64,000 nucleotides of DNA, from contig JAQFVV010000007.1 in the NCBI GenBank assembly GCA_028023455.1, forward strand, positions 15,004,001 through 15,068,000, written 5' to 3'. The position numbers and the translations under genes were made by a program. The notes below the pieces were generated by a model. It saw only the letters and a list, made by a program, of their open reading frames with translations, did no database searches and was not told the origin of the DNA. Below are positions 14,900 to 28,520 of this stretch, one piece after another (positions within the stretch are counted from its first letter, which is position 1; every line of letters begins with the position of its first letter). The DNA comes from Epiperipatus broadwayi. Lineage: Eukaryota > Animalia > Onychophora.

Positions 14900-16080
14900 G
14901 AATAATTATCAGTGATTTAATGTAATTTTAGAAAATCAAAACATACTATGGACATGATTTTTGATGAAAATGCAAAAAAAGTGTCAAAAACAAAAGAGTG
15001 ATTTATATATTGTTTTTATTGATTTCATCAAGGAATTTGATTCAGTTAATTAAACAGGTTTACGCTACTGTTTGAAATTGCTTGCATGTCAACTAATATT
15101 TATTCATGTCATACACCTTCTACATATGGCATATGGAATGAAAGAAAGTGTTATGACTTCAGGTGAAAAGTCTAAGACATTTGAAACAAAAGCTGGTGTT
15201 GAAGAAGAATATGTACTTGCTCTTACATTGTTTTCAATTTTTATGTCAATTGGCATTGGAGAGGTTTATAATAAAACAATGATCAAGATATGATATCGGT
15301 TTGATGGTGGAATTTCTAATTTGATTTGATTAAAAACAAAAACTTTATCTTCTTGGATTCTGGATTTACAGTATGTAGATGATTGTGTTTTACCAGTTCA
15401 CAAAACAATTTACTATATAAAAACAGGCAAAATTCACTATGGTGATCATGTGGAACTTACTAAATGTTACACATAGAGTATTTAGTTTAATAATTAATTT
15501 TTAAAAAATTCAAGTTATGAGCCAGTGATGGCAAAAAGTCCTTAGCAATTTTTAATTTGGATAGTTATCAACTTGAGATTGTAAACCAATTAAAATACTT
15601 ATATAGTTTTTTAGTAGAGGGATGGATATAGATATTGATATACAGATCACACTCCAATCTTCTGCTTCTGCTTTTGATAAGTTAAAAGATAAGAGCATTT
15701 TATCACAGGAAAATAATTACTGTAACTAAGTTAGTTGTATACAGAGCTTTTATTTTATTTAAAATATTATATGCAAGTGAGACCTGGACACTCTATTGAT
15801 GCAATATAAATGCATTAAAAAGTTTTATTTAGTAATGCTCCATAAAATTTTAAAAACATATGGCAAGATGGTAAAACTTTTTCAGCTTGATGGATAATTA
15901 TATGACAAAATCCACTATTGGTTGAATCACCCCTTCATTGGATTGAACATGTAATGTGAATGAACAATGCATGTCTTTCTACAATAGTATTTTATATTAA
16001 ATTTGAATATGGTTTTCATGAAAGAAGTAGACCTCATCTAAAAAAAAAAGAATTATCTCAAAAACATTCTAAAGAGGTCC
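14900..16080 (+). pseudogene. RTE/BovB-like reverse transcriptase remnant
   Basis: DMIF...LYIVFIDFIKEFDSVN; FETKAGVEEEYVLALTLFSIF (ORF 15072-15293); ASETWTLY. Many stops. Confidence 0.75.
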
Positions 16081-16159
16081 AATGTAAATTATTTCCATTA
16101 AGAATATATAGCCACTAGAACATCACATGATCACTATTTCCTTCACTTACACAAGCTAT

Positions 16160-16385
16160 TAAAACAGTAGTAAACTCTTTATAGAGTAGTGCTACCCAGT
16201 GCAAGCTTTAGTAATCAATGAATAAATGTTTTTGCATATGAAATTCACAAACTAGAAACTAGTCTAGGAATATTGGATGAGTAGGCATTGAATAGGGATT
16301 TTACACACAAACTTTCTTTCATCTATTGATTAGTAAGGTGTGCAGTGTGTGTCACTACTGTATGGAGAGTTTACTACTGTTATAA
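16160..16385. mobile_element. Short inverted pair of the 36004-type HHR repeat (3' half of HHR only)
   Basis: GAAACTAGTC-taggaatattggatgagtaggc matches 36039-36070. aacagtagtaaactc (~16163) mirrors gagtttactactgtt (~16367). Confidence 0.65.
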
Positions 16386-16425
16386 GAGTATATAGTAGAG
16401 AATAGAATATATTGGAGAATTACAG

Positions 16426-16503
16426 CTAGACATGGTGCTGAAGTGTTTCAGAAACAAAAGTTTTCTGCTGAAAAATTAAAACATGTCATTTGTGAAATAT
16501 CAG
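16426..16503 (+). CDS. Candidate host exon (78 nt): ..RHGAEVFQKQKFSAEKLKHVICEIS
   Basis: AG...CAG|gtaaat boundaries, one open frame, phase-compatible with 17557-17620. The acceptor polypyrimidine tract is weak. Confidence 0.3.
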
Positions 16504-17556
16504 GTAAATAGAGAAATGAACCAACATATTTTATATCTGGATGTATTGTGATTCGCAGATTTGTTTGTATAGTTCTTACAAACACAGTTCTAGATATTTT
16601 TTTTTACTTTTCTTTCCAATCTTTGGACTGCTGCATATAAGTACATATATCAATGTTAGTCAGTAAATGGGCATCTAGTTATACTTACCTAAAATGCAAA
16701 ATAATGAGCGAAAAATACTCAACTTTTACCAATTGGAAAACAAGTCTGGTTAGTTTTGCTTTTTCCTTAACTGCTTTCCTATGAAAACCATTGAAGATGT
16801 TTTTAGTCAACTTTCAGCTATTTAAGGATTACTTTATCTTATCTACTTACCTAAACATTTTTAAGCAGCTTCATTTTTGACAGTTGAAAAAGAAGGTGTC
16901 ATAGGATTAGTCCTGCATTTGTATATTGAAGTAAAGGTTGAAGTAATAATTATTATAATGTTCTGTGCAGTTTGATAGAATGATGGATTTAATAACCAAA
17001 AATTTTGAATTGCCGTTGAATGTATTACCTCTGATGCTCAATGGTCATGTGATCTTTTGGTTTAGCCATTCCATTATCACATATTTTTATATTATTATTT
17101 AGCTACATATTCTGAATTTCTGTATGAACAAACTTTCTTAAAGAAGTGTTTAGTTCAAATGCTTAAAAACTGTTACTATAGCACAATCATTACACCCAAG
17201 CAAATATCATAATAGAAGTCATAGTAGTCTGTTTTTTTTTTAAAAATTAATGCTAAAAATAATTTCAGATGCTACCTTTAACAGATAGTATAAATAAATA
17301 AACTTCCATCTAAGATTATTTTGAAATATGATAGTATATAGTTTATGACTTTCCTGGAAGAATGCTGTTATCTTGATGGGAAATTGAATATACCACTTTT
17401 AAGAGATTAAAGAGTAATTTTAGTTTTCAAAATGAAAATCAAGTTTTTATATACTTATTATTAGAGATATTTATCTATCTTAAATGGTTATTTTTGTGGG
17501 GGAAGGAATGTCAACAGCTTAGATGCATTTTCTACTTTACATTTGTGTAACAACAG

Positions 17557-17620
17557 ATAAATATGCTAAGACAGCTAACAGAATTATTGAGCATCCAGTC
17601 TTTCTGAATAATATTGTCAG
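17557..17620 (+). CDS. Candidate host exon (64 nt): DKYAKTANRIIEHPVFLNNIV
   Basis: acaacag| acceptor, consensus CAG|gtaagt donor, single open frame. Confidence 0.4.
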
Positions 17621-18571
17621 GTAAGTTAATTATAATTTTGTCAGGTAAGTTAATAATAAGCTGAAGCTAGATTGGAAAAAATAATACTTGATATTAGGTT
17701 ATTTGGAAAAATTTTCAATGGCATAAAAAAATGCTACAGTTTGATGATGATCTAAATTCTGTTTCTTCTGAAAAGAGTTGACTATCAATTATTAGTATAA
17801 TTCTGATAAAAAAATATTTTTATAAAGAGCTTGAACACAGCTTAATAGTGATAAACATAAATAACTATATAACCACCCCATGGTAGTAAAGGCTGCTTTA
17901 TGTTACAATTGTATTTTTTCCCTTTTTACAATCAGCCCATTGACACTTATCTGCCATTCCAGATTAATCTGTTATCTTTATCTTCTATAGGCAGTGTTTG
18001 AATCCATAGTATAAAATGACAGGTATTGCAATGCTATGAGACCTATTATAGTAATGAAATTAGATAACATTTTTTGAACCTTGTTACATTTAATGATCTT
18101 TAAAATTTTATTTTTATGCTGAAACTTTTGGATTGTTTGCATTTGGGGTAGCAATTTGATTAACAGCTTTGTCAGTTATACATCAGAAAATTTGGAAGGT
18201 TGATATCTGATTTTAAGACAATTAAAAGCCAATTTAATTTCATCTCTATCTACTTAGTTTATTAGATATGATGTAGATAAATAGTGTAAAAGAGAAGGCT
18301 AAAGTTACACTTTGATAAGTCTCATTTTTAGTTCTATATATGACAATAATTAATTAAACATCACATAAATATCTATAATATTACTAATGCCAATGTTAAC
18401 TTATGCATTTTATTGAAATCTTAGCAATGTTTGATGTGAAAAATCAACCAATTGCTGCTGAAAATATGTTTCTAGTCAATATCAGACATCAAGCAGCCTA
18501 AAAACTAGTGGAAATTCCATTAGTTGTGATATTCAATTTGTGTTGCTATGATTAATGGGGTATCAAGTTGA

Positions 18572-19825
<1,254 letters not shown>

Positions 19826-21498
19826 ACCCATTAAAATATAAATGGAATTTTTCCATAAATTAAAATTTCAGCTATCAGTTAAAACTGGAATTTATATTAA
19901 TCTTTAAATTAACATACATAACTCAAATGGTTGATTGCTTACAAAAATTCAAAACAGTTGTATTTGAAATGTGTGGTTCACTATTCTTTCATTAGTTAGT
20001 GTAGGAAGCTAAAAGTGTTCCACTTTTGGTTTAATATGATTATATGTGTTATTACTACAGCATGTGTTTCATTTTGCATTGCCAATTTTAAATGGTTGTT
20101 GCTTTGTTACATCATAATTAAAATTTTATTTAGAATATTATATGAAAATTTTCCACCATATTTAAATATTTACATTCATAAAGTCCATGAAAATCTTTCA
20201 ATTAATATATTTTATATGAATGACAATTTGTTTCAATTAAGCTAACTGATTGGCTTATGCTTTGATCAATCATTTAACTGGATTTATAAAATACATGTTT
20301 ACAAGATGTATCTGGCCTATGTAAAGGCTGTCTTTTTTTTAATTGCTTGTTTTAACAAAAAAAAATTTAAGATTTAATGTAAATTAAATAAAAGATTTTA
20401 ATATTATAGAAATAAATGTGAGAAATGTAGTCAATCTGAATGTCCGTTGTTTTTGTGATTATTAATTGGTGGAATTAGTGCAAATGATGTGATATCAAAC
20501 TACAGAACTTCATTTATACACTAACAAAAACTAAATGTAAATATGGTACTTTAGTATCTATTTTTTCCTTTTACTAAATACCACATTTTGAACATGAATT
20601 TATGTACTGTAATCACATTTTCTTCATGATTTAAATACTATATCAATTCAGTTCTATACATAGTTAAAAGCACATGTACTGATTTTTTCTAACTGAATTT
20701 GTATTAATAGCAAAATTACTTCCTGCACAGAAAGTATGCTTTGTAATAAAAATTAGGAAATATTAAATATAAAGAGTGGAATTACTTTCTTTTCATAAAA
20801 TGCTTGTAATATAAATTATGGTTTATAATTATTTATCAAATTGTTTTTTTTTTGAAGCTATCAAATTCTTCATTTTTGTAATTTGTTAAAGCAACCAATT
20901 AAAAAAAAGTAATTTGTTAAATCAATGAATTAAACAATGTTGTCGACAAACAATCATTCAGACAATAGACGAAATTGCGATTTTATATAAGAGATAGTCT
21001 AGCAACATATTTTTTATCACTCATGAAATTTTATAAATTTATTAACAATTTCTATATGTTGCTAGACATTTTATTTAAAATTCAAGATTTAGAATACATT
21101 AAGGTGTGTCATTTTATTCTAAATTTTTTTTAATGATTAAATGTGAATATATATATATATAGACATTTATAATTTTATAATCCATGGAAGTTGGTCAGAT
21201 TTTTATCATTTATATGCTTCAATGTTATGTTTATTAGATTATTTATAATTATTGTACTACTATATAATATTTGCAAAGATTTATAAAATGAGATACTATC
21301 TCAAACTTTGTCAATTTAAATATGATTTCAATCTATTACTCCAGCTATTTCATCTGGCTTGAGCATGAAATTCACTCTTATTTTCATATTTGACAAAAAA
21401 ATAAAATGGGATGTATATACATTTATATTTTCACAATCTATGGAATTGGTCTGGTTTTTTTTTTATTTACACACACACACAATGTGACCTAATAAAAC

Positions 21499-21546
21499 AG
21501 AGAATCACTCTGATTCTCCAAAAGAGAATCACTCTGATTCTCCAAA
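21499..21546. repeat. 24-bp tandem duplication of a hairpin unit
   Basis: agagaatcactctgattctccaaa twice; each copy contains GAGAATCA-ctc-TGATTCTC. Confidence 0.9.
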
Positions 21547-23074
21547 ATACCTCCAACACCATCTCTGAATCAATGTATGTGTTATGTAGTAACTTAATTC
21601 AATTATCCATCACAAACATTTTAAGATACTTAGATGAAATATGCCAATATTAAATTTTATTTTAAAGTGAGAAAAGTTTGAAATGATTCAAACTGTAAAT
21701 GTCCATGATGTCATAAATTGAAGAATAGTTTTAAATGGTTTGAAAAATTTTGCAATGATAAAGACAACACTGAAGTAATACACTATCACATTTCATGTCA
21801 AATTCATGATCCAGACTTGCTAGTGCCTTAAATGTTGCCATGGCAAATAGCTAAACTCTGTTGCTATGCAACACACATGTATATTCAGAGATAAAAGTGT
21901 AGACAAGTTGGAGAGAGAACCATTTAAGTTTTCATTGGAACATATTACATTATGCCAACCTACAATCAGTAGTTGGAGTGTTTCTAAGACATTGGACTCA
22001 TTGGCTGTTGTTTTAGCAATATACTTTTTCTGTTTATATCTATTTTAAGCTTTAATAATTTAGAGATATGAGATGATCCTTTTTAATAAATCTCTATCCA
22101 CTGCTGTCCTATTCAAAAAACCCATACTACTTCCAAGCATATGGCTTTTATCATTGAGCAGTTTTTGGATCTTGAAACAGTCCCTCTGGTGCCCTTTATT
22201 TAGCTCTTTGAATAAAAAATATGTTGCTGCAACAGCATTGATTAAGCTAATGTCACATGACCAGATATAATTATGAGTTATTAAATCTTTCATAGTGAAA
22301 AATAATGCTAGGTTTTAACTTACAGATACAAAAATTTCAAAGTGACTTGATTTGTGCCAGTTAAACACTAACATATTTCAAATTGAAGATTTTTTTTTGT
22401 TAAAACAAAACATAGATAAGGATTTATTACTATGATATAGGTGCGTGATGTAAACTAATTAATAGTCATAGTAGCAGCAGAAGAAAAAATAATAATTTAG
22501 TGGCTTATTAAAAAAAGTGAAGCAATCTCTGTGGTGAGTTAGCTACTAGAGGATTGTTTTTACAAACAGTGGAGTGTAGCAAGTAATGCTTCTAATATTC
22601 TACTCTTCACAATGTATTATTTCTATATCATCACAATCTATACTCAGTAGCCTTATAAAGAGCCTCATAAAATTCAAAATCCAGGATTTATATTTGGGTG
22701 CAGTCATCTAGCTGTTTATCAGTCAGAAAATGGGTATCTGGTTATATTTAGCTGCAGAGTAGAATAAGAACAAAGAAATTTTAAGTTTGAGGAATTAAAG
22801 TGAGAAAGAAATTTTCATCTTTCCATGCCAATATGTTAGGAAACACTTAACCCTATAATAGTTATGTAAAGTCGTTTAAGCATATTTGTGTATACACACA
22901 CGTATATATATGTGTGTGTGTGTGTTTGTGTGATATAAAGTAAAATTTTAAACAAACTATTTTTTGGCAAAATTCTTTCAATTAGCCTTTTGGGAAAACG
23001 ATAAAAAAAATGCAATATCTATCAGACTTTTTCTATAGACTATCACTTATTTTACTTTCTAGTTAAAAACCAAT

Positions 23075-23190
23075 TAATTTACTATTCAATTATCGGATTC
23101 CAAATTGTCTATAAGATGGCTACCAAAAAACAATTTACTATCCAATTATTAGATACCTATCCAGATTGTCTATGAGATGGCTACCTGAAA
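23075..23190. repeat. Imperfect ~60-bp tandem duplication
   Basis: atttactat.caattat...ccaRattgtctatRagatggctacc occurs twice. Confidence 0.8.
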
Positions 23191-25357
23191 AAAAGGAATT
23201 ATTGTATAAAATGGAAAAATATATCTATTTAGTCTGAATTTGAACTCCAAGTTATGGTCTTATTACATGAATGCATTATGTATATTGAAAACAATAATCT
23301 CGATATGAGGAGAATTTTTATATTTAACATAACTGTCTTCACTTTTAACAAATAAGTCTCCATCAAATATTTTAATTTTTAAAAAATAGTATTATAATTA
23401 TAATTAATTCCGAAAATGATTTAATTACTAATTCTTCTTCTACATTTTATTATGATATATTTTTTTAATATATTGCAGACTCCACAAGCAAATATATTTA
23501 CTTGTTTTTTTTGCTCTGTCAATATTTATTTATTCATTTTATTCTTTTATATATATAGTTGTTTTTTTTTACATCTACATGACACATAAAAATTGCTAAT
23601 TATTATTTTTACTTGCTTTTTATTTGCTTTATTTTTAAATTATTATTACATTTGCTTATATATATATCTCATGTCACACGAATAGTTTTTATTTTTAAAT
23701 CTAACTTTGATATTTATTATTATGGTATCTGTATATGTATGTCCGCATGTATACTGGAAAATTTTTCTAAAGCAGATTATTATTAGTACTAATAATAGTT
23801 GTAGCAGTAGTATTCTATATGTACGTATATATTTATGCATAATTGCAATTATGTTGGACTGCAAAACAGATATTATTGTTGTTGTTGTGTTATTATATAT
23901 GCATGCGTGTACACTGGATCATTTTCATAAAAGCAGATAAATATTAGTAGTAAAAATAGTATCTATTATATACATACGCATACATACATATATGTTGATG
24001 TCAAAAAGCAGATAAAATGATAATAATGATTATGGTGATAATTATCATTACTACACAAAATTATATTTAAAAAATTGAATTTTATATTTCTTCTAACCCT
24101 AAAGAATTTTGGTATATTTTTAGTAATTCAGGCTAGGGTAAGCAAAGAGTTCAAGAAACTCACAGTTCCACACTAAATGCAATTAATTTTTCAAAACATT
24201 TTGCTGGCTTAAATTTATCACAACATATAACATCTTCAAAAGCTGCATTACCTTAAAATGGTCCCATTGTTCATTGTATGATTGATCATATCTCTAGGGA
24301 TGATGTTATTGTGGTTATCAAGTGACATAAAACTTATTCTAGTTTAGGATATATTATTTTCTTTATTTATAGAAATCTAGCTGAATTTATTGCAGCATCT
24401 CTTGCCTTTATTTTTAATTTGTCACTTAACTTGTGTGCTTTTCCTAATGTTTTTAAATGTACCAAAATGATCTCAATTTTTAAAAATGGCTCCCACAATG
24501 GGGTTAATAATGTGTAAGCATAAAGAATGATGATTATGTGATGTTTAGTGATTTAATAATAATACTGTTTTTGTTTTTTATATTATTGCTCAAATTTTTG
24601 AGAGGTGTGTTTATAATAAACTATTTCAGATGTTTGTAAAATCGTAAAATTATTTCTTCTTCACAATATGGTTTTATTCATAATATATCTGTAAAAACTA
24701 ATTTGCTAACAATTTATGATCATGAAGCACGTGTGACTGATAATCAGTTAGATAGTTGATGTCATTCATTTTGATTTATCAAAAGCCTTGGATAAAGTAG
24801 ACCAACATCATTCTCCTTCATAAATTACATGAATGGATTTTCTACTAAACTTATTTATTGGTTTCAATCCTTTTTTATAGTTGTATAGCATATGTCAAAT
24901 CCAGCAGTAATATTTGCTCTTATTTTGAATATAATTTAGGGGTTCCACATGATAGTATTTTAGTATCTATGCTTTTTAACATTTATACTAGTGATTTTAA
25001 GCATTGCATGGAGCTAATGATTGTAAAAATTTTAAAAGAATCACAACAGTCATTGATTTCAGTTTCCTTCAGAATGATATTAAAAACTTTAGTGCTTGGT
25101 ATGATCTAACTTATATATCAATTAATTTTACTAAGTGTTCCCTTGTTTCATATTCTAAGAAATTTGAGGTTTTAATTTTTTTATTATTATATTAATTGTA
25201 GTAATAATAACAAGTCAGATGTCACATGACTTATATATAGCTTGCACTTACAAATATGTAATATTAAGAGCGTGCTAATAGCTCTAAACAAGTTTTTTTT
25301 TTATTTATGATAAATGCTACAACAAGAGAAGGCATTCAAATCATTTTTATCTTGGAT

Positions 25358-25415
25358 TGTCCCCATCCCCAGACTGGTTTCGACCTATGGGTCTCTTCAG
25401 TGAGGAGTTGGGACA
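25358..25415 (-). ncRNA. Type I hammerhead ribozyme, family A monomer 1
   Basis: Reverse complement: tgtccc aactcctca CTGAAGA gacc cata ggtc GAAAC ca GTC tggggatg gggaca. Confidence 0.88.
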
Positions 25416-25779
25416 TTAGATTTAAAAAACCAACTCAAGCAAAGCATTTATCTAAAAGTTAATTGTTAGAAGAAGATCTGAAACTTTTAAACATCTACAT
25501 GTCTTTAAAGTCAGCTCTCCAACTGAAAAAATCATATGGGCCTGAACTTAATTCAGATACTCCATATATTAGTAGGCTTAGCCCTTTAATTTAGCTAAAG
25601 CCACAACAGCAAAATAATAATAGTAATAATAACAAGTCAGATGTCACATGACTTATATATAGCTTGCACTTACAAATATGTAATATTAAGAGCGTGCTAA
25701 TAGCTCTAAACAAGCTTTTTTTTTTTATATGATAAATTCTACAACAAGAGAAGGCATTCAAATCATTTTTATCTTGGAT

Positions 25780-25837
25780 TGTCCCCATCCCCAGACTGGT
25801 TTCGACCTATGGGTCTCTTCAGTGAGGAGTTGGGACA
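25780..25837 (-). ncRNA. Type I hammerhead ribozyme, family A monomer 2
   Basis: Identical to 25358-25415. Confidence 0.88.
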
Positions 25838-26201
25838 TTAGATTTAAAAAACCAACTCAAGCAAAGCATTTATCTAAAAGTTAATTGTTAGAAGAAGATC
25901 TGAAACTTTTAAACATCTACATGTCTTTAAAGTCAGCTCTCCAACTGAAAAAATCATATGGGCCTGAACTTAATTCAGATACTCCATATATTAGTAGGCT
26001 TAGCCCTTTAATTTAGCTAAAGCCACAACAGCAAAATAATAATAGTAATAATAACAAGTCAGATGTCACATGACTTATATATAGCTTGCACTTACAAATA
26101 TGTAATATTAAGAGCGTGCTAATAGCTCTAAACAAGCTTTTTTTTTTTATATGATAAATTCTACAACAAGAGAAGGCATTCAAATCATTTTTATCTTGGA
26201 T

Positions 26202-26259
26202 TGTCCCCATCCCCAGACTGGTTTCGACCTATGGGTCTCTTCAGTGAGGAGTTGGGACA
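26202..26259 (-). ncRNA. Type I hammerhead ribozyme, family A monomer 3
   Basis: Identical to 25358-25415. Confidence 0.88.
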
Positions 26260-26558
26260 TTAGTTTAGAGCTATTAGCACGCTCTTAATATTACATATTT
26301 GTAAGTGCAAGCTATATATAAGTCATGTGACATCTGACTTGTTATTATTACTATTATTATTTTGCTGTTGTGGCTTTAGCTAAATTAAAGGGCTAAGCCT
26401 ACTAATATATGGAGTATCTGAATTAAGTTCAGGCCCATATGATTTTTTCAGTTGGAGAGCTGACTTTAAAGACATGTAGATGTCTAAAAGTTTCAGATCT
26501 TCTTCTAACAATTAACTTTTAGATAAATGCTTTGCTTGAGTTGGTTTTTTAAATCTAA

Positions 26559-26616
26559 TGTCCCAACTCCTCACTGAAGAGACCCATAGGTCGAAACCGG
26601 TCTGGAGATGGGGACA
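26559..26616 (+). ncRNA. Type I hammerhead ribozyme, family A inverted monomer
   Basis: tgtccc aactcctca CTGAAGA(26574-26580) gacc cata ggtc GAAAC cg GTC(26600-26602) tggagatg gggaca. Stem III is the palindrome ACCGGT. Predicted cut after 26602. Confidence 0.9.
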
Positions 26617-27387
26617 ATCCAAGATAAAAATGATTTGAATGCCTTCTCTTGTTGTAGCATTTATCATAAATAAAAAAAAAAAAAGCTTGTTTAGAGCTAT
26701 TAGCACCTCTTAATATTATATATTAATTGTTGTAAAATTAATTCTGATGAATCCCAAAAAGATCTGGGAGTCTTATTTTATAGTAATGAATCCTGTCTTC
26801 ATCATATAAAAATGCTTTTTAGTAAAGCTTTTATAATCATGGATTATCATTTTAGTGATGGTACAAAATTCAAATTATTTTTGATATTCTTCCCATCATT
26901 GAATATTGTTCATTCATTTGTAATCCTAATTCTAAACAAGAATATAGTTTATTGCAATAAGTGTTTAATAAATTCACCAATTATGCTTTTCTGGAAAATA
27001 AAGTTGGTCTTCATCTTATATAGGGATCTTAAATTTTTTTACAAAATCATAAATCAACAAATTATTTTATTTGTTATAATTTCAGCTATTATAATTAAGT
27101 CTTATGAACATGTATATCTGTCTATTATATTCAGACCTGTTCTTCCAATGACCTTAAATTTTCTCCTTTATTCAAGCTACCTTCTTTATATAATCTGATT
27201 CTTAATAATAATGATTATTAGTCACTTTGCGTGTAGAGCAATTGTTCTCAAAGCTGTAAATTGTTGATAAATAAATAAATATGAATGAATCTGCCCACAA
27301 CCAACAAGATAAACCCAGACTGCTGCTTCCATACATCTCCAATTTACATAGTAAATTATATTCTATCCTCAATAACACATATAAGCT

Positions 27388-27837
27388 TTGCTTCTTCACT
27401 CCCCCCCCTCAAATTTCAACAACTTAATGAATAATACCAAAGATCAAATCCCACTTTTACAGATCTCCCACACAATATATAATATTGCATGCCCTAATAA
27501 TAATTGCAAGGGTTCATACTATAGAGAAAGCAGAGCATCCTTATCAACTAGGTTGGCACAGCACAGATACTCATATAACAGAGCTCTCAATCAACCCTCC
27601 ATTTATTTGGTTTTTATTCAGCACCAAAACACATGCCAGCATGAATGTATACCCGACAACTCCACAATCATATGCAGAAAAAGGCACGATCTCGAAAGAA
27701 AAATTATGGAAGCCTTCTTCATCTCCAGAGACAAAGACGCCATCAATAGGAAGGACACATGCTATGCTTATCAAGGAAATGGAATGTCTAGCATAATCAA
27801 CACAAATTTGCATATCATTAACCTCATTAACAGTTAA
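27388..27837 (+). pseudogene. Penelope-like GIY-YIG endonuclease fragment
   Basis: NNTKDQIP...IYNIACPNNNCKGSYYRESRASLSTRLAQH...RKIMEAFFI...AINRKD. Confidence 0.85.
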
Positions 27838-27877
27838 GCTATGATTATGAAGGCTGGACACTTCGAAAGTGTTTAGC
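27838..27877 (+). ncRNA. Hammerhead-like motif with A3-U8 core, directly after the endonuclease stop codon
   Basis: gct-ATGATTA-t-gaag gctggaca cttc-GAAA-gtgTTT-agc. The same ATGATTA core is in the copy at 34844-34883. Confidence 0.6.
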
Positions 27878-28419
27878 AGATTCATTCGTATTTATTTATT
27901 TATCAACAATTTACAGCTTTGAGTAGAATTGCGCTACATAAGCAAGCGGACTAGTATATATATTACCTCAAAGTAAAAAATTCATTTAGCTAATAATTAT
28001 TTTAATTTCGATTATAAGCAAATTTTTAAATTTTTATGTCATTTTTGATCAATTTAAATTTATTTTATATATCTATATTACTTTTGTGTTTGATACTTTT
28101 TCTTATTACGATGTTATATGCATTGTGTATATTCCATTTATTATTTTAATGTGTAAGCTGTAATTGGCTATATACTTTTGTTTATCACTTTAATAAATGA
28201 ATTGAAATGAATAATAATAATAACAATTATTATTATTGTTATTGCTGTTGCTGCTGTATATGTACATGTGCATATATGCAGATGTGTAAATTGGCTTTAT
28301 TCAAAAGCAGATAACTTTAAATAGTAGTAGTAGCAGTAGTATTGTAGTAGTAAATATGCATGTACAAATACATATACATTGCATCTTTTAACCAAAAGTT
28401 AATAAGTCAACCTTATTAC

Positions 28420-28520
28420 GGAGTGGATGACTGTGGGGAACTTGAAAGTCTGCGTTCAAATCTTCTTTAATTACATCTAGGTTAAGTATATACACCATAC
28501 TTGTATTTCAATATTACATT
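28420..28520 (+). repeat. Family B 3' fragment
   Basis: gaacttgaaagtctgcgttcaaatc...gtatttcaatatt matches the family B 3' end. Confidence 0.55.

Larger units (their letters stand above)
25200..26718. mobile_element. Family A retrozyme-like array: 2.5 x 422-bp monomers (minus) plus ~1.1 inverted monomers (plus), 12-bp TSD
   Basis: Exact 422-bp period (agactgg at 25371, 25793, 26215). Inversion at ~26263. TATATTAATTGT at 25188-25199 and 26719-26730. One HHR per monomer and no real ORF. Confidence 0.92.
27217..27990 (+). mobile_element. 5'-truncated Penelope-like element with inverted 3' tail
   Basis: Contains a GIY-YIG ORF. 27217-27294 is the reverse complement of 27876-27957. Probable 11-bp TSD taataat(g/t)att at 27206-27216 and 27991-28001. 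Confidence 0.85.
24050..28240 (+). mobile_element. Jockey/CR1-like LINE remnant (RT half) interrupted by two younger insertions
   Basis: Collinear with 54100-55956 (DLSKALDKVDQH, GVPHDSILVSMLFNIY, same 3' end with an AAT tail). Interrupted at 25200-26718 and 27217-27990. Confidence 0.85.

Noticed and set aside
25591-26210. Two identical 65-aa ORFs
   Set aside because: By-product of the 422-bp non-coding tandem repeat; no protein motif.
25200-26718. CRISPR array
   Set aside because: Repeats are 422 bp and contiguous, with no unique spacers and no cas genes; the context is eukaryotic. The 24-bp duplication at 21499 also has no spacer.
26744-26770. CTGATGA with a short hairpin (also a bare CTGATGA at 7486)
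   Set aside because: No GAAA or NUH follows, and the site aligns with LINE coding sequence at ~55230.
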